Assembly: GCA_963726575.1 (NCBI GenBank)
Contig: CAVSCR010000005.1
Span: forward strand, 188,434-252,433
Direction: 5' to 3'
DNA: 64,000 bases
Source of the DNA: an uncultured Actinomycetota bacterium
GTDB lineage: Bacteria > Actinomycetota > Actinomycetes > JAHEKZ01
Part shown: piece after piece, positions 1 to 10,594 of the stretch
How the letters are laid out: every line of letters begins with the position of its first letter
Numbering within the stretch: the first letter of the stretch is position 1
Program-made: the position numbers and the translations under genes
Notes under the pieces: model-generated
Told to the model about the DNA's origin: nothing
Database searches by the model: none
The model's input: the letters and a program-made list of their open reading frames with translations, nothing else

Positions 1-417
1 ATCGCCGGGCGCTCTCGCGGTACGCCCAGGGTGGCCAACCGGCTGCTGCGCCGGGTGCGGGACTACGCGCAGGTGCGGGGCAGCGGGATCCTGAACCGCG
101 ACACGGCCCGAGCGGCGCTGAAGGTCTACGAAGTCGACGAGATCGGGTTGGACCGGCTCGACCGGGCGGTGCTCGATGCGCTGCTGCGGCGCTTCGGCGG
201 GGGACCGGTGGGGGTGAGCACGCTCGCCGTGGCGGTGGGCGAGGAGCGCGAGACGGTCGAGGAGGTCGCCGAGCCGTTCCTGGTCCGTTCCGGGCTGCTG
301 GCGCGCACCCCTCGCGGTCGAATCGCCACGCCGGCCGCGTGGGAACACCTGGGCCTGACCGCCCCGACCGGATCAGCTGGCCCCACGCTCTTCGACCCCA
401 CACCGGATGGGCCGTAG
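1..417 (+). CDS. ruvB: Holliday junction branch migration helicase RuvB, 3' part (5' truncated by window)
   Basis: Frame 1 open from base 1: [25 protein letters not shown]...[37 protein letters not shown], the typical RuvB C-terminus. Confidence 0.97.
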   Translation: MAGRSRGTPRVANRLLRRVRDYAQVRGSGILNRDTARAALKVYEVDEIGLDRLDRAVLDALLRRFGGGPVGVSTLAVAVGEERETVEEVAEPFLVRSGLLARTPRGRIATPAAWEHLGLTAPTGSAGPTLFDPTPDGP

Positions 418-473
418 GCTGCGCGGACCGCCGGCCAGCCCCGACCTGGTCGCCCTTCTCGAGTGAGTCTGAC

Positions 474-770
474 GTGCAACCCGGTTCGATCCTTCTCCTG
501 CTGGTCCCGCTGGTCCTCCTGTGGCTGCTCATCTTGCGGCCGGCCCGGCAGCGGCAGCGGCAGGTGCAGAGCCTGCAGTCGACCCTCGCCGTGGGCCAGG
601 AGGTCATGACCACCTCCGGCCTGTTCGGCACGATTGCGGACCTGGACGACCAGCGGGTGACGATCACCGTGGCCCCAGGCGTCGACCTCCAGTTCGTGCG
701 AGGGGCGGTCGGCGCGGTGGAACGCCCGGCCGACGACGGCCACCTCGACGACGACGCACCGGCCCCCTGA
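474..770 (+). CDS. yajC: Preprotein translocase subunit YajC
   Basis: GTG at 474, N-terminal TM helix, then RPARQRQRQ..LQSTL.VGQEVMTTSGLFGTI; directly upstream of secD. Confidence 0.93.
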   Translation: MQPGSILLLLVPLVLLWLLILRPARQRQRQVQSLQSTLAVGQEVMTTSGLFGTIADLDDQRVTITVAPGVDLQFVRGAVGAVERPADDGHLDDDAPAP

Positions 771-879
771 CCCCGGGGTGCATCACACGGCCGGTTGCGT
801 CAGGGATACTTTTCCGGCGGCCTGCGTGGGCCGGTAGGCCGGTCCCGGCCCCAGTCAGGCTCACCAGAGAGGCTCAGTC

Positions 880-2631
880 GTGGCGCCAAGCAAGTCCCAG
901 CCGGGACGCGCGCTCCTCGCGCTCGCCATCGCGCTGATCGCGCTGTTCGGCTGGATGGTGGTCACGGGCACCTTCGCGCCCAAGCTCGGCCTCGACCTGC
1001 GCGGTGGGACGTCGGTGGTGCTGCAGCCCGTACCGATCGCCGGTCAACCGGGCTCGGTGACCCAGGACTCGCTCAACCAGGCCGTCGACATCATTCGCGC
1101 CCGCGTGAACGGCACCGGCGTCGCCGAGGCCGAGGTGACCACCCAGGGCACCGGCGCGAATGCCGTGATCGTGGTGTCGGTGCCGGGGGTCAACGAGCAG
1201 GACCTCGTCGACATGGTGAGCAAGTCGGCGCGCATGACCTTCCGCCCGGTGCTCGCGGCCACGAACGGCGGCCCGGCTCCCACGACATCGCCGACGCCGA
1301 GCCCCACGGGCACCCACCACACGGCCAAGCCCAAGCCCTCGTCGAGCAAGAGCCCCACGGCCAAGCCCAAGCCGTCGAGCACCAAGAGCAGCCAGGGGAG
1401 CGTGCTGCCACGAACTCAGGCCCGTACCGACACCACCAGCCCGACGCCGACGCCGACACCGACGCCCACCACGTCTGGCTCACCGGCCCCGAGTCCCACA
1501 CCGTCGCCCACCACCACCACACCGAGCGCCGCCACGCTGAAGACCTACCAGACCGCGGACTGCTCGACCGAGGCGGGGCGCCAGGCGGTGGCCAATACCC
1601 AGTCGGACAGTGCACCAGCCGTGGCGTGCTCGACCGACGGCAAGGTCAAGTACCTGCTCGGACCTGTGGCGGTGGACGGCAAGGACATCACCGGCGCATC
1701 GGCCTCGATCCCGTCGAGCAGCACCGCATGGACGGTCAACGTCGCGTTCAACAGCACTGGGTCGAAAGCGTTCGGCGACACCACCGGTGCGATCTACCAG
1801 AACCCGTCTCCGCGCAACCAGTTCGCGATCGTGCTCGACGGCCAGGTGATCTCGGCGCCGGTTCCCAGCGGCCCGATCTACGGCGGAGCCGAGATCACCG
1901 GCTCGTTCACGCAGCAAGAGGCGACCCTGTTGGCCAACCAGCTCAAGTACGGCTCACTGCCGCTGCAGTTCAATGTGGCCGAGACGCAGACGATCTCCCC
2001 CACGTTGGGCAGCGACCAGCTGACGGCTGGTCTGATTGCCGGTGCCCTGGGCCTGGTCGTCGTGGTGATCTACCTGCTGATCTACTACCGCGCGCTCGGG
2101 CTCGTCGCCGTGGCCTCGCTGCTCATCGCAGCCGGCTTCACCTACAGCCTGGTGGTGCTGCTCAGCGCCACCATGGGATACACCCTGACGCTGGCGGGCG
2201 TCGCGGGTCTGGTGGTCGCGATCGGCATCACGGCGGACTCGTTCATCGTCTACTTCGAACGCATCCGTGACGAGATGCGCGACGGCCGGACGTTGCGAGT
2301 GGCGCTGGAGAACGGGTGGGTCAGAGCCCGGCGCACGATCATCGCCGCGGACTCGGTGTCGTTGATGGCCGCAGTGATCCTCTACGTCTTGTCGGTGGGT
2401 GGCGTGCGTGGATTCGCGTTCTCGCTCGGGCTGACGACTCTGGTCGACCTGCTCGTGGTGTTCTTCTTCACCAAGCCGTTCATGACCATCCTCGGCCGCA
2501 CCAAGTTCTTCAACTCCGGCAGCAGGTGGTCGGGGCTGTCCGCGGAACGTATCGGTGACCGGGACCTGCCTGCGCAGCGCGCGACCCTGCGCGGCGGCGC
2601 GAAGCCGGCGACCACGGCAGGGGAGTCCTGA
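880..2631 (+). CDS. secD: Protein translocase subunit SecD
   Basis: PKLGLDLRGGTSVVL, QFAIVLDGQVISAP, ANQLKYGSLPL, GITADSFIVYFERIRDE; has a Thr/Pro/Ser-rich insert. Confidence 0.98.
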   Translation: MAPSKSQPGRALLALAIALIALFGWMVVTGTFAPKLGLDLRGGTSVVLQPVPIAGQPGSVTQDSLNQAVDIIRARVNGTGVAEAEVTTQGTGANAVIVVSVPGVNEQDLVDMVSKSARMTFRPVLAATNGGPAPTTSPTPSPTGTHHTAKPKPSSSKSPTAKPKPSSTKSSQGSVLPRTQARTDTTSPTPTPTPTPTTSGSPAPSPTPSPTTTTPSAATLKTYQTADCSTEAGRQAVANTQSDSAPAVACSTDGKVKYLLGPVAVDGKDITGASASIPSSSTAWTVNVAFNSTGSKAFGDTTGAIYQNPSPRNQFAIVLDGQVISAPVPSGPIYGGAEITGSFTQQEATLLANQLKYGSLPLQFNVAETQTISPTLGSDQLTAGLIAGALGLVVVVIYLLIYYRALGLVAVASLLIAAGFTYSLVVLLSATMGYTLTLAGVAGLVVAIGITADSFIVYFERIRDEMRDGRTLRVALENGWVRARRTIIAADSVSLMAAVILYVLSVGGVRGFAFSLGLTTLVDLLVVFFFTKPFMTILGRTKFFNSGSRWSGLSAERIGDRDLPAQRATLRGGAKPATTAGES

Positions 2632-3785
2632 TGTCTCGCGTCGGATCGTTCACGCACGGCCTCTACACCGGGCAGGTTTCATTCAACATCGTCGACAACC
2701 GCCGACGTTGGTACCTGATCTCGACCGTGCTGGTGGTGCTGTCGCTCGGGTCACTGGTCTTCCGGGGGCTCAACTTCGGCATCGAGTTCTCCGGCGGCTC
2801 GGTGATCACGGTTCCGTCCGCGACCTGCACCGTCGAACAGGCACGTGCCGCGTTCCTCGGCGCCGGGGTGACCGCCGAGGATCCCACCGTCACCGTCACC
2901 CAGGGGTCGCTCGGTCGTAACGTGGACGTCCAGACGATCCACCTGGAGCCCAGCCAGACCAAGACTGCCCAGGACGCGCTGGCGAAGGGCTGCAACACCG
3001 ACGTCAACTCGATCACCACGCAGGTGGTGGGGGCCTCGTGGGGGCAGCAGATCACGCACAAGGCGATCGTCGGCCTTCTGGTGTTCCTCGCTGCCGTCGT
3101 GCTGTACCTGTCGGTGTGGTTCGAGTGGCGGATGGCGGTGGCGGCGCTGATCGCGCTCGCCCACGACATCATCATCACCGTTGGCGTCTACGCCCTGGTC
3201 GGCTTCGAGGTGACCCCCGCCACGGTGATCGGTGTGCTCACCATCTTGGGGTACTCGCTGTACGACACCGTCGTGGTGTTCGACAAGGTCAAGGAGAACA
3301 CCAAGGCGATCACCGCCAGTGCGCGCATGACGTACGGACAGGCCGCCAACCTGGCGGTCAACCAGACCCTGGTCCGGTCGATCAACACCTCGATCGTGGG
3401 ACTGCTGCCGGTCGCCTCCCTGCTCTTCGTCGGCTCGTACGTGCTCGGCGCGGGAACGCTGAAGGACCTGGCGCTGGCCTTGTTCGTCGGGATCGCCATC
3501 GGCACCTACTCCTCGGTGTTCGTGGCGACGCCTGTGCTCGTGGACTTCAAGAACCGCGAGCCTTCGATTCGCGCTCTCAACAAGCGGGTGGCCCAACGCG
3601 ACGCCGCGCGCGGTGGCGCGCCGTCGCAGGACTTGGACTCGGCTGCCGACGCGGCCAACGACACCAACGGCTCGGCAGCCGTCGCGGCCACGGTCGGCGG
3701 GGGCTCCAGCCCCACCGCGCGAGGGCCGAGGAACCAACCGAAGCGGTCCACGGGCAAACGTCGACCGCGCGGCAAGAAGCGCTGA
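2631..3785 (+). CDS. secF: Protein translocase subunit SecF
   Basis: LNFGIEFSGGS, LTILGYSLYDTVVVFDKVKEN, NQTLVRSINTS; coupled to secD by TGATG overlap. Confidence 0.98.
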   Translation: MSRVGSFTHGLYTGQVSFNIVDNRRRWYLISTVLVVLSLGSLVFRGLNFGIEFSGGSVITVPSATCTVEQARAAFLGAGVTAEDPTVTVTQGSLGRNVDVQTIHLEPSQTKTAQDALAKGCNTDVNSITTQVVGASWGQQITHKAIVGLLVFLAAVVLYLSVWFEWRMAVAALIALAHDIIITVGVYALVGFEVTPATVIGVLTILGYSLYDTVVVFDKVKENTKAITASARMTYGQAANLAVNQTLVRSINTSIVGLLPVASLLFVGSYVLGAGTLKDLALALFVGIAIGTYSSVFVATPVLVDFKNREPSIRALNKRVAQRDAARGGAPSQDLDSAADAANDTNGSAAVAATVGGGSSPTARGPRNQPKRSTGKRRPRGKKR

Positions 3786-3860
3786 GCCAGGCTGCGGCGC
3801 AGCGGCGCCTACACTGGGTGACCTGCGCCAGGCGATGCGCCGGGCGCGAAGTGGAGTGCA

Positions 3861-6179
3861 GTGGCCGATGAGGTAGCCCCGACCACGGCGGTCGCCACCG
3901 ACCGCCCGGGGTCTGCCGTGGCCGAATCGCCACACCCGCCCTCGCGGGTGCGCAAGGCGATCGCCCGTCGCCTGCCCGGCCGGAGCCAGGCCGTGCCGGC
4001 TCTCGAACCGCTCATCCGCACGGTCCGCTCCAGCCATCCCAAGGCCGACATCCGCACCATCGAGCGCGCCTACGAGACCGCTGCCTACCTGCATCGCGAC
4101 CAGCTGCGACTCTCCGGTGACCCCTACATCACCCACCCGTTGGCCGTCGCACAGGTGCTTGCCGAGCTCGGCATGACCACGCCCACCCTGGCGGCTGCGC
4201 TTCTGCACGACACGGTCGAGGACACCGAGTACAACCTCGACCAGCTGCGGCAAGACTTCGGCGACGAGGTGGCACTGCTCGTCGACGGCGTGACGAAGCT
4301 GGAGAAGGTCAAGTACGGGCAGGCGGCTCACGCCGAGACCGTGCGCAAGATGATCGTGGCGATGTCGAAGGACATCCGCGTGCTCGTGATCAAGTTGGCG
4401 GACCGGCTCCACAACATGCGCACGCTGCGCTACATGCCGCTGGAGAAGCAGGAGAAGAAGGCGCGCGAGACCCTCGAGATCTACGCGCCCCTGGCCCACC
4501 GGCTCGGCATGAACACCATCAAGTGGGAGCTCGAGGACCTCGCGTTCGCCACGTTGTACCCGAAGATGTACGACGAGATCGTCAACCTCGTCGACAAGCG
4601 AGCACCCAGCCGAGAGTCGTACCTCGACGACGTCATCGACGAAGTGTCGTCCGACCTTCGGTCGGCCCGGATCACTGCGACCGTCACCGGACGTCCCAAG
4701 CACTACTACTCGGTGTACCAGAAGATGATCGTCCGCGGTCGCGACTTCGCCGACATCTACGACCTGATGGGCATCCGCGTGCTCGTCGACTCGGTGCGTG
4801 ACTGTTACGCGGCACTGGGTGCCGTGCATGCGCGATGGAACCCGGTACCTGGTCGCTTCAAGGACTACATCGCCATGCCCAAGTTCAACATGTACCAGTC
4901 ACTGCACACCACGGTGATCGGGCCCGGCGGTAAGCCGGTCGAGCTGCAGATCCGCACGCACGCCATGCACCGTCGTTCGGAGTACGGCGTCGCCGCGCAC
5001 TGGAAGTACAAGGAGGACGCCGTCAGCGCGGTGGCTGCGGGCAAGGCCTCGCCGAACGACATGGCCTGGCTGCGGCAGCTGCTCGACTGGCAGCAGGAGA
5101 CGAGTGACCCGGGCGAGTTCCTCGAGTCGCTGCGTTTCGAGATCAACGCCTCCGAGGTCTTCGTGTTCACGCCGAAAGGTGACGTGGTCGCCCTGCCGAC
5201 CGGGGCGACGCCGGTGGACTTCGCCTACGCCGTCCACACCGAGGTCGGGCACCGGACCGTCGGCGCGCGGATCAACAGTCGTCTCGCTCCGTTGGACTCG
5301 ACGTTGGACAACGGCGACGTGGTCGAGGTGCTCACCACCAAGTCCCCTTCGGCTGGTCCCAGCCGCGACTGGCTGACGTTCGTCGCGAGTGCCCGTGCAA
5401 GGGGCAAGATCCGGGCCTGGTTCTCCAAGGAGCGACGCGAGGAGGCCATCGAGCACGGCAAGGACGCGATCCTCAAGGCGCTGCGCAAGCAGGGGTTGCC
5501 GCTGCAGCGGCTCATGGCTCAACCGGCCATGGTGCAGGTGGCCAATGAGCTGCACCAGAAGGACATCTCGTCGCTCTACGCGGCCGTCGGTGAGGGCCAG
5601 GTTGCCGCGCAGACCGTGGTGCAGCGGCTGCTCGAGGCGTTCGGGGGCGAGGAGGGTGCGGTCGAGGACCTCGCGGAGTCCGCGACGCCTTCGCGGCCCA
5701 TGCGCGGTCGCGCCCGTCCTGCCGGTGACCCCGGCGTGGTCGTCCGAGGTGCCAGTGATGTCTGGGTGAAGCTCGCCCGCTGCTGCACCCCGGTGCCGGG
5801 TGACACGATCACCGGCTTCGTGACGCGGGGAGACGGCGTGTCGGTCCACCGGACCGACTGCGCAAACGTGGGAACGCTCGACCCGCACCGGATGGTCGAG
5901 GTGGACTGGGCGCCGACGTCGAACAGCATGTTCTTGGTGAACATCCAGGTCGAGGCGCTCGACCGACCGCGACTGCTCTCCGACGTCACTCGCGTGCTGT
6001 CCGACCAGCACGTGAACATCCTCGCGGCGTCGGTGACGACCAGCCGCGACCGCGTGGCGCTGTCACGATTCACCTTCGAGATGGGGGACCCACGCCATCT
6101 GGGCCACGTGCTCAACGTCGTGCGAGGGGTCGAGGGCGTGTTCGACGCCTACCGGGTGACGTCGGCCGAGAACGGCTGA
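3861..6179 (+). CDS. relA: Bifunctional (p)ppGpp synthetase/hydrolase Rel
   Basis: HD domain ([16 protein letters not shown]), synthetase ([22 protein letters not shown]), TGS (VFVFTPKG), CC motif ([11 protein letters not shown]) and ACT domain. Confidence 0.98.
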   Translation: MADEVAPTTAVATDRPGSAVAESPHPPSRVRKAIARRLPGRSQAVPALEPLIRTVRSSHPKADIRTIERAYETAAYLHRDQLRLSGDPYITHPLAVAQVLAELGMTTPTLAAALLHDTVEDTEYNLDQLRQDFGDEVALLVDGVTKLEKVKYGQAAHAETVRKMIVAMSKDIRVLVIKLADRLHNMRTLRYMPLEKQEKKARETLEIYAPLAHRLGMNTIKWELEDLAFATLYPKMYDEIVNLVDKRAPSRESYLDDVIDEVSSDLRSARITATVTGRPKHYYSVYQKMIVRGRDFADIYDLMGIRVLVDSVRDCYAALGAVHARWNPVPGRFKDYIAMPKFNMYQSLHTTVIGPGGKPVELQIRTHAMHRRSEYGVAAHWKYKEDAVSAVAAGKASPNDMAWLRQLLDWQQETSDPGEFLESLRFEINASEVFVFTPKGDVVALPTGATPVDFAYAVHTEVGHRTVGARINSRLAPLDSTLDNGDVVEVLTTKSPSAGPSRDWLTFVASARARGKIRAWFSKERREEAIEHGKDAILKALRKQGLPLQRLMAQPAMVQVANELHQKDISSLYAAVGEGQVAAQTVVQRLLEAFGGEEGAVEDLAESATPSRPMRGRARPAGDPGVVVRGASDVWVKLARCCTPVPGDTITGFVTRGDGVSVHRTDCANVGTLDPHRMVEVDWAPTSNSMFLVNIQVEALDRPRLLSDVTRVLSDQHVNILAASVTTSRDRVALSRFTFEMGDPRHLGHVLNVVRGVEGVFDAYRVTSAENG

Positions 6180-6208
6180 CCCAGCCGTTCGGCCCGAGAC
6201 GATCGCCG

Positions 6209-7462
6209 TCAGCCGGAGAACTCCTCGAGCGCCTTCTGCGCCTCCACGAGCCACTCCCGCCGGGCCTGTAGGGCGTCCGTTGCGTCATCTGCGGCCGCGA
6301 CGTTGCCCTCTGCCCGTGCTTTCGCCAACTGTTGCTCGAGCTTGCTGATCGAGGTGGTCAGCTGAGCCACGGCCGCCTCGGCCCGCGAGCGGCCCTCCGG
6401 GTTCGACCGTCGCCATTGCTTCTGCTCCGTGTCGCGCACAGCCTGCTCCACCGCGTGCATCCGGCCCTCGACGGCGTCGCGGTCGCCGCGGGGCACGTGG
6501 CCGATCGCGGCGAACTTCTCCTGCAGGTCCCGCAGCGCGGTGCGGGCAGCCCGCAGGTCGTCGACCGGGACCAGTCGTTCCGCCTGTTCCACCAGCGCGA
6601 GCTTGGCCGCCAGGTTGGCGCGCTGGTCGGTGTCGCGCTCGGAGAACGCGGCCGAGCGCGCGGTGAAGAACGTGTCCTGGGCGACGCGGAAGCGTTTCCA
6701 CAACGCGTCCTCGGCCCCGCGTGGAGCCGGTCCAGCGGCCTTCCACTGCGTCATGAGCGCGCGGAACTGGGCCGCGGTCGGGCCCCAGTCGGTGGAGTCG
6801 GCCAGCGACTCGGCCTGCGCCGCCAGCGTCTCCTTGGTGACCGCCGCTTCCTTGCGCCGCTGGTCGAGCTCGCCGAAGTGGGCGCGGCGTCGCTTGTCGA
6901 AAGTCGCCCGGGCGTGGCTCAGTCGTTGCCACAGTTCCTGCTCGCCGGCTCGGTCGATGCGCGGGGCGGCCTTCCACTCATCGACGAGGGTGCGATAGCG
7001 GTCGCCGCTGCTCTTCCACTGCGTGGACTCGGCAAGGCGTTCGGCCTCCTGCACCATCTGCTCCCGTCGTTCCCGCGCCGCGGCCTTCGCCAGCTCGCGG
7101 TCGGCGGCTCGCTGCTGACGTTGGGCGTCCACCGCAGCGACCAGCAGGTCCAACCGCGACCTCAGCGCGTCCAGGTCACCGATGCACTGCGGGGTGTCGA
7201 CCTGTGAGCGCAGCTTGCCGATCTTGGCCATCGCCTCGTCGGGCGCGAGGTGGGCGTCCTTGACCCGCTGGGCCAGCAGCCCGATGTCGACCGACAACGA
7301 CTCGTACCGACGGGCGTAGTACGCCAGACCGGTCTCGGAGCTGCCGGCCAGCCAGGAACCCACGGCCGTCTCGCCCTCAGGCGTACGGACGTACACCGTT
7401 CCGTCGGCGTCGACCCGCCCCCAGGCCGATGCCGCGCTCGGCTGCGCGCCCGGTTGCGTCAT
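6209..7462 (-). CDS. DUF349 domain-containing helical protein
   Basis: WGRVDADGTVYVRT..GE..VGSW N-terminus and repeated W..A.RI....E..LW.R units; usual position downstream of rel in actinobacteria. Confidence 0.88.
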   Translation of the reverse strand: MTQPGAQPSAASAWGRVDADGTVYVRTPEGETAVGSWLAGSSETGLAYYARRYESLSVDIGLLAQRVKDAHLAPDEAMAKIGKLRSQVDTPQCIGDLDALRSRLDLLVAAVDAQRQQRAADRELAKAAARERREQMVQEAERLAESTQWKSSGDRYRTLVDEWKAAPRIDRAGEQELWQRLSHARATFDKRRRAHFGELDQRRKEAAVTKETLAAQAESLADSTDWGPTAAQFRALMTQWKAAGPAPRGAEDALWKRFRVAQDTFFTARSAAFSERDTDQRANLAAKLALVEQAERLVPVDDLRAARTALRDLQEKFAAIGHVPRGDRDAVEGRMHAVEQAVRDTEQKQWRRSNPEGRSRAEAAVAQLTTSISKLEQQLAKARAEGNVAAADDATDALQARREWLVEAQKALEEFSG

Positions 7463-7502
7463 CGATGCCTTTCCCTTGCGCCCCTTCGGGTTCCCTGCAT
7501 CG

Positions 7503-8348
7503 TCACGACGACGCCACCGTAGCGCGGGAGATCACCACAGCCTGGTTCGGGACGCCGTCGCCGGACGGGGTCGAACCGGCCTTGGCGATCTTCAGCAACG
7601 TGGCCAACCCCTGCGTCACGTGGCCGAAGATCGTGTAGTTGGCCGGGAGCACGGTGGTCCGGTACACGATGAAGAACTGCGCACCCGCCTTGCCACTTCC
7701 GCCCTCGGCCATCGCGACAGACCCCGCCGGGTAGGTGCCCTGTCCCGACTTGTTGGCCTTCGGGAGGTTCTCATCGGCGAGCTGGTAGCCGACGTTGCCG
7801 TTACCAGTGCCCGTCGGATCGCCGCACTGCAGCACGTAGAAGCCGGCCGTGGTGAGCCGGTGGCACGCGGTGTTGTCGTAGTAGCCCTTGCCCGACAAGA
7901 AGGCGAACGCGTTCGACGTCTTGGGAGCGCTTGCCGTGTCCAATGCGAACTGGATCGGCCCGCAGTTCGTGGCCAAGGTGGCGGTGGCGCTGCTGCCCGG
8001 CTTCAGGACGTTGCCCGGCTTCGCGAACGACGGCGGTGTGGCGTTGACCGAGATCGTCGTGTCACGACAACCTGCGACGACGGCCGCGGCCGGCCCGACC
8101 TTGACCAGCGGACTGGCCGCTGTCGGACTCGCGCTCGGCGTTGACTGGTCGGCGACCTTGCCGGCCGGGCTGCTCAGCAGGTGGACCACCCAGCCGAACG
8201 CGATAGCCGCGATGATCGCGCCCACGGTGAACACAGCGATGAACTTCTGACGGCGACGCCGCCGGTTGTGATGGTGGCGACGTGCCTGCTGCCGCTGGTA
8301 GTGGGCGCGCGCCAGCTCTCGCTGGCGCTGTTGCTTGCTCGGACTCAC
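7503..8348 (-). CDS. Membrane-anchored cyclophilin-type peptidyl-prolyl isomerase
   Basis: Basic N-terminus, TM helix, then TNCG.I...LD...APKT.NAF.FL...GYYDNT.CHRLTT.GFYVLQCGDPTGTG.G, QFFIVY..T.LP..YTIFG. Confidence 0.93.
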   Translation of the reverse strand: MSPSKQQRQRELARAHYQRQQARRHHHNRRRRRQKFIAVFTVGAIIAAIAFGWVVHLLSSPAGKVADQSTPSASPTAASPLVKVGPAAAVVAGCRDTTISVNATPPSFAKPGNVLKPGSSATATLATNCGPIQFALDTASAPKTSNAFAFLSGKGYYDNTACHRLTTAGFYVLQCGDPTGTGNGNVGYQLADENLPKANKSGQGTYPAGSVAMAEGGSGKAGAQFFIVYRTTVLPANYTIFGHVTQGLATLLKIAKAGSTPSGDGVPNQAVVISRATVASS

Positions 8349-8503
8349 CGCGTTCCTTTCGGGTTCTCGCCCGCACCCTCGGCCGCATCATCTGGGTGAC
8401 CGGGACCTGAGTGTATGAACCCCGGTCAAACCCGTTCGTATCCGTGTGCTGGTGGCCGGTAGGCTCAACACACCGACGCCACCGAACGACAGGGAGTTCC
8501 GCC

Positions 8504-9238
8504 GTGCTGGTTGCCGGCTTCCCGTCCGAGGCGTTCGGGACCAACGTCTACCTGGTGTCACCGGGGATCGGCGAGCAATGCGTGGTGGTGGATCCCGGGA
8601 TCGAGGTCTCCGACGGGGTCGATGACCTGCTGCGCGAGCTGGGCCTGGAACCGGTGGCTGTGCTGCTGACCCATGGCCACCTCGACCACACCTTCTCTGT
8701 GGTCCCGGTCGGTACCCGGCGCGGCATCCCCGCCTACATCCACGGCGGCGACCGCGACCTGCTGCGCGACCCGATGCCCGGGCTGAGTCAGGAGACGCGG
8801 ACCCTGTTCGGCGGTCGGCTGCAGTGGCAGGAGCCCGACGACGTGCAGATCCTCACCGACGGCACGACGTTGGAGATCGCGGGCTTGCAGATCAGCGTCG
8901 ACCACGCCCCGGGACACACTCCCGGGTCGGTCATGTTCCGGTTCCCCGGCGCGCCGGACGGTGCTGTCGGCGTCGGCGAGGCGCCGTCGCAGACTCTGCT
9001 CAGCGGAGACGTCTTGTTCGCGGGGTCGATCGGTCGCACCGACCTGCCCGGCGGCTCGTTGCCGCAGATGATGACATCGCTGGCACAACGTGTGCTGACG
9101 TTGTCGGACGACATCGTGGTCCTCCCCGGACACGGGCCGGCCACCACGATCGGGCGCGAGCGCGCCACCAACCCCTACCTGGCCCAGGCCGCCCACGAGG
9201 CCCCGACCGATGCCCCGGCACCGACGCGGGGGTTGTGA
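8504..9238 (+). CDS. MBL-fold metallo-hydrolase (glyoxalase II-like)
   Basis: THGHLDH, HAPGHTPGS, SGDVLFAGSIGRTDLPGG, VLPGHGP; GTG at 8504 after AGGGAG SD. Confidence 0.93.
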   Translation: MLVAGFPSEAFGTNVYLVSPGIGEQCVVVDPGIEVSDGVDDLLRELGLEPVAVLLTHGHLDHTFSVVPVGTRRGIPAYIHGGDRDLLRDPMPGLSQETRTLFGGRLQWQEPDDVQILTDGTTLEIAGLQISVDHAPGHTPGSVMFRFPGAPDGAVGVGEAPSQTLLSGDVLFAGSIGRTDLPGGSLPQMMTSLAQRVLTLSDDIVVLPGHGPATTIGRERATNPYLAQAAHEAPTDAPAPTRGL

Positions 9239-9241
9239 CGC

Positions 9242-10594
9242 ATGGCCAAGCCAGCTTCGCTGTCCGGCTTTCCCGAGTACCTGCCCGCAGATCGGATCGT
9301 CGAGCTGAACGTGCTCGACACCGTGCGGCGGGTCTTCGAGCTGAACGGTTTCGCATCGATCGAGACCCGGTCCGTCGAGCCACTCGAACAGATGCTTCGC
9401 AAGGGCGAGATCGACAAGGAGATCTACGTCCTGCGCCGTCTCCACGCTGCGGCTGACGACGGCGACGCCGGCCTGGGGCTGCATTTCGACCTGACAGTTC
9501 CGTTCGCTCGATACGTGCTCGAGAACGCCGGGCGCCTGGACTTTCCATTCCGGCGCTACCAGATCCAGAAGGCCTGGCGCGGTGAGCGCCCGCAAGAGGG
9601 TCGGTACCGCGAGTTCACGCAGGCTGATATCGACATCGTGGGGCGTGACACGCTGCCCTTCCACCATGAGGTCGAAGTTGCCGTCGTCATGGCCGAGGTG
9701 TTCCGGGCGCTGCCGTGCCCGCCCGCAGTCATCTTGGTGAACAACCGTCGACTTGCCGAAGGCTTCTTCCTCGGCGCCGGAGCCACCGATGCGCCGGCCG
9801 CTCTTCGGGCCATCGACAAGCTCGACAAGATCGGGCCGGAGAAGGTGGCCTACCTCCTCGTCAGTGAGGCCGGACTCAGCCAAGATGGGGCGCATCGCTG
9901 CTTGCAACTCGCTGCGATCCGTACTGACGACACGTCCTTCGTCCAACGGGTGCAGTCCCTCCAAGTGGAGCACCCCCTGCTGGACCAGGGCCTCGCCGAG
10001 CTGGCGGCCGTGGTCGGCGCCGCTCACGCGCGGATGCCGGGGGCCGTCGTGGCGGACCTCAAGATCGCTCGTGGGCTCGACTACTACACCGGAACCATCT
10101 ACGAGACCCAGTTGATCGGCTACGAGTCGCTGGGGTCCGTGTGCTCCGGAGGCCGATACGACGCGCTCGCCAGCGATGGACGGACGACCTATCCCGGGGT
10201 CGGAATCTCGCTGGGCGTCACCCGTCTCCTCGCGGTACTGGTGGGCAGGGGGCTGGTCACGGCGAGCCGCTCGGTCCCGACGTGCGTGCTCGTAGCGGTG
10301 AACGACGAAGCGGACCGTGCAGCTTCGGACGACATCGCCGCCGTGTTGCGGTCACGGGGAATCAACACCGAGGTCGCCCCTGCGGCGGAGAAGTTCGGCA
10401 AGCAGATCCGCTACGCCGACCGACGCGGGATTCCGTACGTCTGGTTCCCAGGTCGTGAAAGCGAGCACTCGGTCAAGGACATCCGGTCGGGGGATCAGGT
10501 CGACGCCGACCCGAACCTGTGGACCCCGCCGCCAGCGGATTGGTCTCCCGTCATCAGCACAGTCTCGCCCGAGGCCGAGGAGCGCACCCAGTGA
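9242..10594 (+). CDS. hisS: Histidine--tRNA ligase
   Basis: [58 protein letters not shown]. Confidence 0.98.
   Translation: MAKPASLSGFPEYLPADRIVELNVLDTVRRVFELNGFASIETRSVEPLEQMLRKGEIDKEIYVLRRLHAAADDGDAGLGLHFDLTVPFARYVLENAGRLDFPFRRYQIQKAWRGERPQEGRYREFTQADIDIVGRDTLPFHHEVEVAVVMAEVFRALPCPPAVILVNNRRLAEGFFLGAGATDAPAALRAIDKLDKIGPEKVAYLLVSEAGLSQDGAHRCLQLAAIRTDDTSFVQRVQSLQVEHPLLDQGLAELAAVVGAAHARMPGAVVADLKIARGLDYYTGTIYETQLIGYESLGSVCSGGRYDALASDGRTTYPGVGISLGVTRLLAVLVGRGLVTASRSVPTCVLVAVNDEADRAASDDIAAVLRSRGINTEVAPAAEKFGKQIRYADRRGIPYVWFPGRESEHSVKDIRSGDQVDADPNLWTPPPADWSPVISTVSPEAEERTQ

Noticed and set aside
3786-3860. Absence of apt between secF and rel
   Set aside because: apt is often but not always here in actinobacteria; simple relocation or loss, with no sequence remnant to interpret.
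2751-4829. Long antisense or alternate-frame ORFs (e.g. 2751-4829, 8558-10027, 25892-27583, 47178-49607)
   Set aside because: They overlap well-supported genes and show no family motifs; expected shadow ORFs in high-GC DNA.
8464-8486. CTCA...ACCGAA upstream of the MBL hydrolase as another sigma-28 promoter
   Set aside because: Spacer is only 13 nt and the -10 mismatches; a TAGGCT housekeeping-type -10 is adjacent.
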